Positions 19,205-29,451 of a DNA stretch of 64,000 nucleotides are shown here, in pieces; position 1 is the first letter of the stretch, and the number at the start of each line of letters is the position of its first letter. This DNA comes from Pyrinomonadaceae bacterium (GTDB taxonomy: Bacteria > Acidobacteriota > Blastocatellia > Pyrinomonadales > Pyrinomonadaceae). The notes below the pieces were generated by a model. It made no database searches, was not told the origin of the DNA, and saw only the letters and a program-made list of their open reading frames with translations. A program made the translations under genes and the position numbers. Location: positions 7,079 through 71,078 of the forward strand of contig JAVEDE010000012.1 of the NCBI GenBank assembly GCA_030841105.1, read 5' to 3'.

Positions 19205-21895
19205 TCAGCCCTCGTCGCGCAGTTGGTCGTCCCAGTGTGTGATGGTTTCGTAGGCGCGTCCCGTGATCGGGCGCGGGCGCGCGCCGTCGGCTTGGCCGAT
19301 GTAGCCCTCGCGCTCCATCGCGTCGAGGATGGCGGCGGCGCGGCCGTAGCCGATGCGCAGGCGTCGTTGGAGGACGGAAGTGGAAGCGCGCTTCATCTCC
19401 ACGCAAATGCGCAGGGCTTGCTCGAACAGTTCGTCGCGCTCGCCGCCCGCGCCATTCCCGCCGCCCGACTCTTCCTCCGATTGCGTGATCGTCTCATCGT
19501 AGAGCGGTTCGCCCTGCCCCTTGATGTGCGAGACGATGCGGCCGACTTCCGACTCGTCCAGATACGCGCCGTGGACGCGGATGAGCCGCGACGTTCCGGG
19601 CGGGAGGAACAGCATGTCGCCGCGCCCCAAGAGTTGCTCCGCGCCGTTGGCGTCAATGATCGTGCGCGAGTCAACTTTGGACGACGTGCGCAGGGCGATG
19701 CGCGAAGGGAAGTTGGCTTTGATGAGTCCGGTGATCACGTCAACGCTGGGTCGTTGCGTGGCGAGGACGAGATGGATGCCGACGGCGCGCGCCATCTGCG
19801 CGAGACGCGTGATGGCCTCTTCCACGTCGTGCCCGGCGGTCATCATCAGGTCTGCGAGTTCGTCCACGATGATGACGATGTAGGGCAGCGTCTTCCAAGG
19901 CTGCCCGTCGTCGTCGAAGTCTTCGACCATGTTGCGGCGCATGACTTCAACGTTGAAACCGTCAATGTTGCGCACGCCCCACTTGGCGAGTTCCTTGTAG
20001 CGCGCCTCCATCTGCGCGACCGCCCACTTCAAGGCGTTCGCGGCGCGCTTCGGGTCGGTGATGATCGGCGTCGCCAGATGCGGGATGTCTGCGTAGAGGC
20101 CGAGTTCGAGACGCTTCGGATCGATCATGATGAATTTGACTTCATCCGGGCGCGCCTTGTAGAGGATCGAGACGACGAGCGAGTTCAGACAGACGGACTT
20201 GCCCGTCCCCGTAGCTCCCGCGATCAAGAGGTGCGGCATGCGCGCGAGATCGGCGACGTAGTTTAAGCCGTCAATCGTCTTGCCGAGAGCGAGCGTTAGT
20301 TTGGAGTTCGATTCTTTGAAGTGGCGCGATTCGATCACCTCGCGGAGCATGATGTTGTCGCGCTGGTGATTGGGCACTTCGATGCCGACGTGCGCCTTGC
20401 CGGGCACGCGGTCAATGCGTATGGACTCGGCCTTCAAGGCGAGGCAGAGGTCGTCAACCAGTCCGGTGACGCGCGAATACTTGACGCCGGGGTCGGGTTT
20501 GAATTCGTAGGTCGTGACGACGGGGCCGGGGCAGATGTATTCGATCTTGCCCGTCACATTGAACTCCTTGCACTTCTCGGCGACGCGCGTGGCGAGATTG
20601 CGGAGTTCCTCGTCGGCCTGCTCGTGGCGCGGCGGCGGCGAGTTCAGGTAATCAAGGCTCGGCATGTTGTAACCGCTCATCGCCTCTGCATACTTCTCGG
20701 CGCGGCGGGCTTCGCGCGCGGCCTTGTCTTCCTTTTGCACGACCGGAGCGACTTCCTCTTCCGTGATCTCCGTGCGCACGACTTCGACGGAGGCGACCAT
20801 CCCCGCCAACTCTTCGTCGTCTTCTTCGACGAAGGCGTCCGGCGAGAAGTTCTTGCTGCTGCTAGTCTTCGCAGTCGTCTTGCGGACTGACGCGCCGCCG
20901 TTCGGCTGTGCGTTCGACTGCTGCGCGGAGGCATCGCCCGACACGAGCGCGCTGCCCAAACCGGCAAACTCCTCGAAGGCTTCGTCCAGATCGTCCTGCA
21001 TCGTCGTCGGCTGCGTCGCGCCCGCTTCGGCCGCGGCGTTGGCGGAGCGTTGGATGGCGACGTTGGCCGACGTGGCCTGCTGTGTGGTAGTCGTCGTGAC
21101 GTTGGAAGTCGCGGGCGCGTCCGTGTCGCGCATGAACTCGGCGACGCGTTCGGCGGCGGTCTTCTTCTCGCGCAGACGCTTCTCTTCAGCGGCGGCCTCT
21201 TCGTGGGCGGCGCGCGCGGCGCGTCTCTGTTCGGCGCGGCGGGCGGCCAACTCGCGCCGCTCCGTGCGCCACGACTGGAAGCGCGTCGAGAGCGACGAGA
21301 GGAAGGTTGAAGGATGACCGAAGGCGTCAACGGCGCGTTCGTAGGCGCGCGCGAAGGAGAAGTTGGTGGCGAGCAGCAGCCCGGTGGCGGCGAGCGCGAG
21401 CAGCAGCACGAGTGCGCCGACTCTGTTCAACGCGCCCGCGAGGTTGCCCCCGACGAACGCACCGATGAAACCGCCCGCGCGCACGCTCTGGTCAAAGAGT
21501 AGCGGCAGGTTGACGATGGCGAGAATGGCCGAAGTCGAAACCAGGAGCAGAACGAGTCCACCGACGAGTGAGACGGGCGCGTGGATGCGCCGCGTGCGAA
21601 AGCGATACCCCGCTGCTATGAAGAGCAGCAGCGGCAACAGGTACGAGGAGAGGCCGACCGATTGCAGCATGAAGGCGGCGACGTATGCGCCGACGGGGCC
21701 GACGAGGTTGCGCGTCTCCTCCTGCCCGGCGGAGTTCCAAGACGGATCGTTCGGGTTGAAGAAGACGAGGCAGAGCGTGAGCATCAGGCCGAGCGCGAAG
21801 AGCGCGATGGCGACGATCTCGTTGCGCCGCGAGTTGCGCTGCGGCGATTGCAGCGGCAGTGGCTGCGTCCGCGTATCCGTCTGTGTTGTTGCCAT
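19205..21895 (-). CDS. ftsK: DNA translocase FtsK
   Basis: 4TM N-terminus, PHLLIAGATGTGKS Walker A, IVDELADLMM, ATQRPSVDV, gamma domain LQRRLRIGYGRAA. Confidence 0.96.
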   Translation of the reverse strand: MATTQTDTRTQPLPLQSPQRNSRRNEIVAIALFALGLMLTLCLVFFNPNDPSWNSAGQEETRNLVGPVGAYVAAFMLQSVGLSSYLLPLLLFIAAGYRFRTRRIHAPVSLVGGLVLLLVSTSAILAIVNLPLLFDQSVRAGGFIGAFVGGNLAGALNRVGALVLLLALAATGLLLATNFSFARAYERAVDAFGHPSTFLSSLSTRFQSWRTERRELAARRAEQRRAARAAHEEAAAEEKRLREKKTAAERVAEFMRDTDAPATSNVTTTTTQQATSANVAIQRSANAAAEAGATQPTTMQDDLDEAFEEFAGLGSALVSGDASAQQSNAQPNGGASVRKTTAKTSSSKNFSPDAFVEEDDEELAGMVASVEVVRTEITEEEVAPVVQKEDKAAREARRAEKYAEAMSGYNMPSLDYLNSPPPRHEQADEELRNLATRVAEKCKEFNVTGKIEYICPGPVVTTYEFKPDPGVKYSRVTGLVDDLCLALKAESIRIDRVPGKAHVGIEVPNHQRDNIMLREVIESRHFKESNSKLTLALGKTIDGLNYVADLARMPHLLIAGATGTGKSVCLNSLVVSILYKARPDEVKFIMIDPKRLELGLYADIPHLATPIITDPKRAANALKWAVAQMEARYKELAKWGVRNIDGFNVEVMRRNMVEDFDDDGQPWKTLPYIVIIVDELADLMMTAGHDVEEAITRLAQMARAVGIHLVLATQRPSVDVITGLIKANFPSRIALRTSSKVDSRTIIDANGAEQLLGRGDMLFLPPGTSRLIRVHGAYLDESEVGRIVSHIKGQGEPLYDETITQSEEESGGGNGAGGERDELFEQALRICVEMKRASTSVLQRRLRIGYGRAAAILDAMEREGYIGQADGARPRPITGRAYETITHWDDQLRDEG

Positions 21896-21997
21896 AGCTT
21901 TTAGTTTCAAGTTACAGGTTTCGAGTTTCAGGACTGACGGGTTTTTCGTTCTTCAACTTCAAACCTGCAATCCGAAACTCGGAACTCTCCGTCCCGT

Positions 21998-23114
21998 TTA
22001 TGCCGCGCGGCGCGACAGGAGGTAAGCCTTGATGAAGTCGTCCAGATCGCCCGCGAGCACCGAGTCCACGTCGCCGCGTTCCAACTTCGTGCGCGCGTCT
22101 TTGACCAGACGGTAGGGCGCGAGCACGTAGTTTCTGATCTGCGAGCCGAAGGAGATGTCGGCCTTGTTCGCTTCGAGCGCGGCGGTTTCGGCCTGCCGCT
22201 TTGCCAGTTCGAGTTCGTAGAGCCGCGAGCGCAAGACCTGCATGGCGACGGCGCGGTTCTGGTGTTGCGAGCGTTGGTTCTGACACTGGACGACGATGTT
22301 GGTCGGCAGATGCGTGATGCGCACGGCCGAATCCGTCGTGTTGATGTGCTGGCCGCCCGCGCCGGTCGCGCGGTAAGTGTCAACGCGCAAGTCTTTCTCC
22401 TGAATCTCCACCTTGATGTTCTCGTCAACTTCCGGGTAGACGAAGAGCGACGCGAAACTGGTGTGACGCCGCGCCGCCTGATCGAAGGGCGAGATACGCA
22501 CCAGCCGGTGTACGCCCGCCTCGGCCGCGAGCAGCCCGTAGGCGTACTCGCCTTCGACGCGAAACGTGACGCCCTTGATCCCCGCCTCTTCGCCCGGCTG
22601 GTAGTCAATGATCTCTGTCTTGAACGCGCGCCGCTCCGCCCATTTCAGGTACATGCGCAGGAGCATCTCAGCCCAGTCCTGCGATTCCGTGCCGCCCGCG
22701 CCGGGGTGGACGGTGCAGATGGCGTTGCGCGCGTCGTTCTCGCCCGCGAGCAGCATCTCTGTCTCGGCCTCGCCGATCTCGCGTTCGAGGCGTTCGACGA
22801 GCGCGCGCAGTTCGCCCAAACTCTCTGCGTCCTCGCCGCCTTCCGTGAATTCAAAGAGCACGCCCGCGTCCTCGACCGCCGACTCGAAACTTTGCTGGCG
22901 ATTGATGACGCGTTCCAGACGGCTGCGCTGCTGCAACGCCCGCTGCGCCTCCTCCTGATCGTTCCAGAAGTCCTGCGCCGAAGCCTGCGCCTCGATGCGC
23001 TTCAACTCGTCCTGCTTCGCCGCGACATCAAAGAAACCTCCCGAGTTGCTCGACGCGCCCGCGCAGATCGTCGTAACTGCTCCGCAACTCTTGAACTGTT
23101 AAAGTCTCTAACAT
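21998..23114 (-). CDS. prfB: Peptide chain release factor 2, programmed +1 frameshift at 23028-23033
   Basis: SPF and GGQ motifs; 28-codon ORF from ATG 23114 ends GGGAGG-TTT-CTT-TGA-T; the +1 frame continues DVAAKQDELKRIEAQ. Confidence 0.96.
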
Positions 23115-23206
23115 TAAACCTCCAAAATCAGTGACAGGTGACAAGTGACGAGTTAATAACCAGCAAGTCGTGAATGGATCAATACAAGGTTTTCTCTATT
23201 TACCCT

Positions 23207-24901
23207 TCACTGTTTACTTGCTCTCGTCCTTCTGATCGTCGTGGCGATCAGCAAAATACTAAGGGCGGCGCAGAGGGCGACGAAGAGGTCGCCGCGGCGC
23301 GTGTAAAAAGTTTTGCCGCCGGTCGCGCGCGTGATCGTCCACGTGCGGACGGCGGGTTGAAAGCTGCCGGTCGCGTCGCCGACCACGCCGCGCGGCGAGA
23401 TGCGCGCGCTGATGCCGGTGTTCGTCACGCGCAACACGTCGCGCCGGTTTTCGACGGCGCGGAAGACGGCGTTGGCGAGGTGCTGGCGCAAGACCGGCGT
23501 CTCGCCGAGATAGCCGTCGTTGGAGATGTTGATGAGCACGTCTGCGCCTGCGTCCGTGAACCGTCGGGCGATTGAGGGAAAGGCCGACTCGAAACAGATA
23601 AAGACTCCCGCGCGCGTCTCGTCGCCGACGGGCAGCAGCGTGTAGTTCGTGCCCGGCGTAAACTCGCCGACGATGCCGCTCACCAGCCACGCGGGCGGAA
23701 ACCAGCGCGGCAAAGGCACGTACTCGCCGAACGGCAACAGGCGAATCTTATCATACTGCGCGACGAGCCGCCCCGCTTCATTCACCAGCACGGCCGAGTT
23801 GTACGCGCCGCCCGCGGGCGCGGGTTCGAGCGAGTTGAAGAGCACGCTCGCACGCTCGCGCCGCGCGAAGTCGCCGACGAGCGCACGAAACTCCCGGTCG
23901 TTCGCGTAGGCGAAGTTCATCGGCGACTCCGGCCAGACGACGAGGCGCGGCACGGCGAGCATGGCGCTGTTCCGCGCCTCGCGCGCGGCGTAGTCTCGCA
24001 CGTCAATCCCTGCATACCACCCCGGCAAATCTTTCGATGCCACGTTCAACGCGCCGTGGCTCATCTCAAGGTGTTGACTGACGAGCGCGGCCGTCTCTTC
24101 CGGCGACCGCCCGAAGTTCACGGACACGTTCGGCTGAACCGCGATGACAACGGCGTCGGGCGGCCGGTTCAATGGCGGCGCGGCCTCGCCCCGCGCGCTC
24201 AGCCAGATCGTGAGCGCGACGGCGACGGAAGTTAATCCGGCAACTGCCAGCGAGCGCGCGTCCCGTTTGAAGTACAAGAGCGTGAGCGCCGCGTTGATCG
24301 CGAGGATGCAAAAGCCGACGGCGTAGACGCCGCCCCACGTCGCCGTTTGAATCAGCGCGGGGTGGAAGGCTTGCGAGTAGCCGACGGCGTTCCAGAGTTG
24401 TCCGGTCAGGCCGAGTCGCGCCCACTCCGAAGCCGCCCACAGCGGCGGCGCGGCGACGAGCGCGTAGATGCCCCGACGCGCGCAGAGATGCGCGAGGGTG
24501 AGCGCGAAGGTTGCGGGGAAGAGTCCGACGATGAGGACGACGGGGACGAGCAGCGCGTAGGCCAGCGGCAGCGGCAGCCCGCCGTAGTGAATCATCGAGT
24601 GCGTGAGCCACCAGCAAGAGCCGTAGAAAAAGAGCGCGCCCGCGAGCCAGCCGAGCATGAAGGCTTGACGCGCCCGCTCCACCCGCGCGACGGCGACGAG
24701 CAGAGGGACGAGGCCGACCCAGGCGAGCGGCCACAAGTCGAAATCCGGGAACGAGAGGATCAGTAGGAACGCCGAGAGCAGGGCGAGCACCGCGTGACCG
24801 CGCGCAGGGACGAAGGCGCGCACGCCCGCGCGAAACTTCGCGCGCCGGACGCCCGCCGCTGTAGTCGCCGCCGGCGCATCGAGGGAAACAACCTTCTGCA
24901 C
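23207..24901 (-). CDS. lnt: Apolipoprotein N-acyltransferase; start uncertain
   Basis: Multiple TMs, QPN, WPES, YDKIRLLPFGEY, ICFES, NISNDGY, RAVENRR; adjacent to prfB. Confidence 0.93.
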   Translation of the reverse strand: MQKVVSLDAPAATTAAGVRRAKFRAGVRAFVPARGHAVLALLSAFLLILSFPDFDLWPLAWVGLVPLLVAVARVERARQAFMLGWLAGALFFYGSCWWLTHSMIHYGGLPLPLAYALLVPVVLIVGLFPATFALTLAHLCARRGIYALVAAPPLWAASEWARLGLTGQLWNAVGYSQAFHPALIQTATWGGVYAVGFCILAINAALTLLYFKRDARSLAVAGLTSVAVALTIWLSARGEAAPPLNRPPDAVVIAVQPNVSVNFGRSPEETAALVSQHLEMSHGALNVASKDLPGWYAGIDVRDYAAREARNSAMLAVPRLVVWPESPMNFAYANDREFRALVGDFARRERASVLFNSLEPAPAGGAYNSAVLVNEAGRLVAQYDKIRLLPFGEYVPLPRWFPPAWLVSGIVGEFTPGTNYTLLPVGDETRAGVFICFESAFPSIARRFTDAGADVLINISNDGYLGETPVLRQHLANAVFRAVENRRDVLRVTNTGISARISPRGVVGDATGSFQPAVRTWTITRATGGKTFYTRRGDLFVALCAALSILLIATTIRRTRASKQ

Positions 24902-25179
24902 GCAGGCGAGTTTAACAGAGACGACGCGCGGCGGGCACACACGACGCGCGGGAAACTTTCGGCGTCCGCGAAAATATTTTTCCGCACACACAAATTGGTC
25001 GGGCGGGTGCGGCAAAACGTTTACCGTTTGCGGCAAAAGAGCGGAAATTTGTCACCGACTCAGTGACAAATTTTGTCGTCCTGACGCGTGACGACTCTGC
25101 CGCAAGAGTGCGGCGACTTACGGCAGCCGCCGCGGCAAAACGCCCGCTAGGAGCAATAAGCGGCGAAAAAAGAGCCTGT

Positions 25180-25215
25180 AAAAAGCAGGAGAACCCGGTC
25201 ACCTGACCGGGTTCT
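25180..25215 (-). terminator. Intrinsic terminator-like hairpin
   Basis: AGAACCCGGTCA-GG-TGACCGGGTTCT then CCTGCTTTTT on the minus strand. Confidence 0.65.
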
Positions 25216-25328
25216 TGAAAGATATGTTTTAAGGGGATTGCTCGGCGGGCGGCTGGAGTAGCGGCAGGCCACTCTCAGAGAAGTGAAGGCGGCGGGGTCA
25301 CGATTTAACTTCTTTCGTGCTTGCCACT
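25180..25328 (-). ncRNA. Candidate sigma54-dependent small RNA (~150 nt)
   Basis: Between a sigma54 -24/-12 motif and a 12-bp-stem terminator-like hairpin; no credible ORF. Confidence 0.4.
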
Positions 25329-25337
25329 TCTCCATTT

Positions 25338-25353
25338 AGCACGTCGCGTGCCA
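25338..25353 (-). promoter_or_regulatory. sigma54 (RpoN) -24/-12 promoter
   Basis: Minus strand TGGCACGCGACGTGCT vs consensus TGGCACGNNNNTTGCW, correct spacing, one mismatch. Confidence 0.6.
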
Positions 25354-25389
25354 CAAAAACATGAACCGGGTCGGGCGTTGATTTTAAGG

Positions 25390-25656
25390 TCAGCGGGAAG
25401 GGGCGACGGGGGAGTTCTGCGTCTGGTTGACTGTCGCCTGCGGGCGACTGTCGGGGGCGTCTTTGTCATCAGCCATCCAGCGGCCGAGCATGATGCCGAG
25501 GGCGAAGAAGACCGCGGCGATGACGAGCGCGGCGAGCAGCAGGACGGCCGGACGCCGCTCGTCGTGCTGAAACTCCGCAAAGGCCGAGTGGCGCACCGTC
25601 GTCTGAGCGGCAGCGCGTTCGTCGTGCGAAGTTGTCCTCTGCCGTTCGGGTGACAT
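25390..25656 (-). CDS. Small single-TM hypothetical protein
   Basis: 88 aa ORF with one hydrophobic helix (VLLLAALVIAAVFFALGIMLGRW). Confidence 0.6.
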   Translation of the reverse strand: MSPERQRTTSHDERAAAQTTVRHSAFAEFQHDERRPAVLLLAALVIAAVFFALGIMLGRWMADDKDAPDSRPQATVNQTQNSPVAPSR

Positions 25657-25728
25657 GGAAAAACTCGCGCGCTGGAAAGAAGAAGGAGGGGGGAACTCGA
25701 ACAGCGGAAGGGCTGAGACTTGAACGCC

Positions 25729-26142
25729 TCACGCGACGGCTTCAACTTCCAGCCAATGCCCGCGCGCGCCCACGACGCGCACCCGCCCGCCGCGCGCGAT
25801 TCTAACACCACTCCGCGAACGCGCGCGCCACAATTCGCCGTCCACCAGCACCGCCCCCTCCGGCTCCAAAGCCTCCGCCACGACGCCGACCCGCCCCTCG
25901 ACATGAAGCGGCCTCCCCGCGCTTTTCTGATGACGCGACATCGCCGCCACCACCAACGCGATCAAGCACACGACGAGCAAAAGCGCGCCGACTAGTAAAA
26001 GGACGAAAGCAGGCGGATGAAGGAAACTGAAAAGGGCTGAGGAATGAGTGGTAAGGGATAAGACAAAGGACTGAGAGCAGAGGGATGAGGGATGAATGAA
26101 AGCACTCAAGAGATTGAGGGCTTCACTTAATTCATCCTTCAT
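25729..26142 (-). CDS. NfeD-like C-terminal OB-fold membrane protein; true start probably downstream of ORF start
   Basis: GRVGVVAEALEPEGAVLVDGELWRARS...VRVVGARG. Confidence 0.75.
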   Translation of the reverse strand: MKDELSEALNLLSAFIHPSSLCSQSFVLSLTTHSSALFSFLHPPAFVLLLVGALLLVVCLIALVVAAMSRHQKSAGRPLHVEGRVGVVAEALEPEGAVLVDGELWRARSRSGVRIARGGRVRVVGARGHWLEVEAVA

Positions 26143-26164
26143 CCCTCCGCCCCCATCCCTTCAA

Positions 26165-27880
26165 CTATCTCGCTCCCGTCTCCAACTGGCGGTAGAGGGC
26201 GATGGCTTCCTGATTGTTGGGGTCGAGTTGCATGGCGGTGCGCGCGTGGGTCTTGGCCTGCGCGAGGTCGCCGCGTTCGAGGAAGATGCGCCCGAGGAGA
26301 ATGTGCGCGTCAATCAACTTGGCCTCCCAGAAGATCGCCGTCTTCAACGAACTGATCGCGCGGACGAGATCGCCGCGCCGCTGGTAGATGCGGCCGATCA
26401 GCAGGTGCGCTTCGGCATTCATCGGCTCGATCATCAAGACTCGGTTGAGTTCCGAGAGCACGTCGTCGTCGCGCCCGGCCGTGTAGTCTGCGCGCGCCTT
26501 GACGAGCAAGTCCTGCGTGGTGACGTTGGCGGTGTCAACTGCCGGGAGCGGCGCTTGCGCCTTGACCGCTTCGGCGATGTCGAACTGCTGGTTGAGGCGC
26601 ACGGGAACGCCCGCAATCGCCTGCGTCTTCTGCCAGTCGGTCTGCATCTTCGCGTAGGTCGTCGGCAGGTAGCGACGCGCCTCGTTGTCGGCGGCCGTCG
26701 TCATCTCCGCTGTTGCGCCGGACTTCTCCAACGCCTTCGCGTAGAGGAAGCGCGCCTCGCCGTCGCGCGGGTTCAACATGATGACCGAGCGGAGTTGCTC
26801 TGCGGCGTCGGCGTGGCGGTTCGAGAGAAAGAGCGCGTAGGCGTAGTTGTAGATCACCGACGCGTCTTCGGGGTCGGACTCTTTGGCGCGTTCGAGAAAC
26901 GTCTGCGCCTGTTTGATCAAGCGGTCGCGCTCCTCCGTAGACTTCTCGGAGAGCGCGGCCTGCACGGAGAGCGCGCCCGCATTGTTGTAGATGCCCGTGA
27001 GCGGCATGTCGGAGGCGACGGGCAAGAGCGCGCCGAGCGCGGTCTTCAGATCATTCAGACGCCAGTAACTCAAGGCGGCGTAGAAGGAGGCTTCGGCAAA
27101 GTGCGGGTCGCCTTTTTGCAGGCGCGAGAAATGTTCGGCGGCCTTCTTCCAGTCTTCCTGTTTGAAGTAGAGGTTGCCGAGTTCAAACGCGGCTTGCGGG
27201 TAGCTCGCGCCCGCGTTGGTTTTCGCGTACTCCTTCATCGCGTTCTGCAAATAGTTGGAACGCTTCTCGCGGTCGTCCGTCATCACGCCCTTGACGTAAC
27301 TCTCGAAGGCGCGCGGCGGAATCTTCGTCGCGCGCTCGACGATCTCGTTGCGCGAATAGGCGAGCGTGGAGTCGCGCTGGTGAAGAATCTGGTAGGCGAG
27401 GATGCCCTGCATCTTCTGCAAGTTGACGAGCGCGTCGCCGAAAATGTAGGGCGGCCAGATTTGCCCCTCGTTGACGCGCACGACGCGCGCGCTGACGCGC
27501 ACCTCCGTCGGCGTCTTCCCGTCGGGCGGCGTCACCACGTCGTATGTGCCGATCACGGCGAGCGTCGCCTTGGCCTTCATCGCGACATTGATCGCGGTGG
27601 CGCGCGAGGGCGTGGCCGTCAGCGGCAGGCGCAGGCGTTGGAAGACCAACTCGCGCTCGTCGGTCGAGATAGTGCGCAGCCCGTACATCTGCAAGAGGTC
27701 GGTCAGCGAGTCTGCGAAGCTCGTCCCGATCCAGTGATACTCGCGCTGGCTGGTCGTGTTCTCGAACGGCATAACGATGATCACGTCGCCGTTCTGCGCC
27801 GTCTGCGCGAGCGCGCCCGAAGCGACGAGAAAAAGGAGCGCGAGCGCGCAGGTGAGCGAGGTCAAACTTCTCTTTAGCAT
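26165..27880 (-). CDS. Exported tetratricopeptide-repeat protein with N-terminal CsgG/FlgO-like domain
   Basis: Signal peptide, VMPFEN N-domain, many TPR-like helices (AAFELGNLY, AHLLIGRIY, LDPNN). Confidence 0.8.
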   Translation of the reverse strand: MLKRSLTSLTCALALLFLVASGALAQTAQNGDVIIVMPFENTTSQREYHWIGTSFADSLTDLLQMYGLRTISTDERELVFQRLRLPLTATPSRATAINVAMKAKATLAVIGTYDVVTPPDGKTPTEVRVSARVVRVNEGQIWPPYIFGDALVNLQKMQGILAYQILHQRDSTLAYSRNEIVERATKIPPRAFESYVKGVMTDDREKRSNYLQNAMKEYAKTNAGASYPQAAFELGNLYFKQEDWKKAAEHFSRLQKGDPHFAEASFYAALSYWRLNDLKTALGALLPVASDMPLTGIYNNAGALSVQAALSEKSTEERDRLIKQAQTFLERAKESDPEDASVIYNYAYALFLSNRHADAAEQLRSVIMLNPRDGEARFLYAKALEKSGATAEMTTAADNEARRYLPTTYAKMQTDWQKTQAIAGVPVRLNQQFDIAEAVKAQAPLPAVDTANVTTQDLLVKARADYTAGRDDDVLSELNRVLMIEPMNAEAHLLIGRIYQRRGDLVRAISSLKTAIFWEAKLIDAHILLGRIFLERGDLAQAKTHARTAMQLDPNNQEAIALYRQLETGAR

Positions 27881-27997
27881 GTCGTTCATTCCTAACTCGT
27901 AAAAACGTCGAGGCCGTCGGCGCGGTGACTGAACAAGCACGGCGCGCGACGGCCTCGGAATCCAGCGAGCGGCGCGACCCGTCGCGCTCCGGCTCTG

Positions 27998-28048
27998 AAA
28001 GTGGCGTCCCGTACGGGAGTCGAACCCGTGTCGCCGCCGTGAAAGGGC
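27998..28048. repeat. att site: 51-bp direct repeat of the tRNA-Glu 3' portion
   Basis: Identical to 35597-35647. Confidence 0.95.
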
Positions 28049-28120
28049 TTTCGTCCTAATTGTTCCTACGAAAACCCTTCTAAATCGGCTACCGTAACTT
28101 TCAAAAGAACATTTTCACGC

Positions 28121-28146
28121 TTCAACGTGTCCTTCAACGTGTCCAT
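28121..28146 (+). repeat. Integrase arm-type site pair (12-bp tandem)
   Basis: TTCAACGTGTCC TTCAACGTGTCC AT; matching pair GTGAACGTGTCC TTGAAAGTGTCC AT at 35527-35552. Confidence 0.75.
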
Positions 28147-28165
28147 GATAATGGAGACACGAGCG

Positions 28166-29320
28166 ATGGCAAATGAGCGAAGCGGATACGTTTTCAAAGA
28201 CAAATCAGGCGCGTGGTATGCACGAACGACTATAACAGACCCTAGCGGCAAACGTCGAAATGTCAAAAGACGGGCAAAAGACAAGCAAGACGCTAAGCAG
28301 ATACTTAAAAGCATCCTGACAGAATTAGACGCAGAAGGTAGTAAATCAGTTGACTCGTCAAGGCTAACTTTCGACGATTTGGCGAACTTTTACGCGGCCA
28401 CCTTCTGCAAACCCGCCACATTTATTGACGGCAAAAAAACAGCAGGATTGCGAGACGTAGGACGAGCAAAAGGCTTCTTAGTTCGCTTTCGAGATTACTT
28501 TGGCAAGCGTTTGCTGCGAGATATTACGTACAGGGATATTTGCTCTTACAATGCAATGCGCTTGCAAATGCACACACACCATAAACGCTCGCCCACTATT
28601 GCGACCATGAATCGAGAGCTAGGCGTGTTGCGCCGAATCTTTAATATCGGTGTGCGCGAAGGCTGGCTATCAAAAAGCCCCTTCAATGGAGGCGAGTCGC
28701 TTATATCTCCTGCATCAGAGCGGAGACGTGAACGCATTCTTTCTTTGGAGGAAGAACAAAAGCTACTTGTTGCGTGTGAGCATCCGAATAGAAAACTCTT
28801 GAGAGTGTTGATTATCTGCTTGCTTGATACGGGCGCAAGAAAGTCCGAACTTGCAAAGCATTTACGATGGAGTGCGGTTTGTTTCGCTTCCCGCACAATT
28901 ACCATTGAAGGCACGACGACCAAAACTCTAAAGACAAGGCAACTGGCAATGACCGAGCGGATGTATCAAGAACTTTCAATGCTTTGGGAAGCATCCTCGA
29001 AAGCACTGCAAGAGAGAGTATTTGAGGGGTGGGTCAATGAACGATGGGCATTCGCTTTCGCGTGTAAGGAAGCCGGAATAGATTATGGTAGCCCGGAAGG
29101 AATAACCCTGCATTCGCTTCGTCACACAGCCGCTACGCGGCTTGTCAAAGGGCAGATGCCACTGCAAATGGTTGGTCGAATTCTAGGGCATTCTCAACCG
29201 CAAACAACCTACCGTTATCTTTCCGCCGATTCGGAAACTATCATCCAAGCGGCGGCAATATTAGAGGCTTTCCAGACACAGGCCAGCAAGCCTGTAGAAA
29301 ACTCAGAAGCAGTAAACTAA
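28166..29320 (+). CDS. Tyrosine recombinase/integrase
   Basis: Arm-binding N-terminus (WYARTT), TGARKSE, HSLRHT, LGHS, TTYRY catalytic set. Confidence 0.95.
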   Translation: MANERSGYVFKDKSGAWYARTTITDPSGKRRNVKRRAKDKQDAKQILKSILTELDAEGSKSVDSSRLTFDDLANFYAATFCKPATFIDGKKTAGLRDVGRAKGFLVRFRDYFGKRLLRDITYRDICSYNAMRLQMHTHHKRSPTIATMNRELGVLRRIFNIGVREGWLSKSPFNGGESLISPASERRRERILSLEEEQKLLVACEHPNRKLLRVLIICLLDTGARKSELAKHLRWSAVCFASRTITIEGTTTKTLKTRQLAMTERMYQELSMLWEASSKALQERVFEGWVNERWAFAFACKEAGIDYGSPEGITLHSLRHTAATRLVKGQMPLQMVGRILGHSQPQTTYRYLSADSETIIQAAAILEAFQTQASKPVENSEAVN

Positions 29321-29344
29321 TGTGAGAGAAGCAATCGGATGAGA

Positions 29345-29374
29345 AAAGCCGCTCGCAATATCGCGGGCGGCTTT
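29345..29374. terminator. Terminator hairpin after integrase
   Basis: AAAGCCGCTCGC-aatatc-GCGGGCGGCTTT. Confidence 0.65.
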
Positions 29375-29451
29375 ATGCCCGCGCCTGTCCTCTTTTCAAA
29401 TAATGCGGCGGGAAAGGTGCTCCCACCGCTCTCTACTTCATGCCGCGTCAT

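Noticed and set aside
23006..23114. prfB as a frameshifted pseudogene
   Set aside because: Canonical programmed frameshift signals are present
25147..25335. 62-aa ORF MEKWQARKK
   Set aside because: Its start lies upstream of the predicted sigma54 TSS, it has no RBS, and it runs through the terminator hairpin
28002..28048. Second tRNA-Glu gene
   Set aside because: Only the 3' 47 nt are present, with no D-arm or 5' acceptor strand; it is the att duplicate
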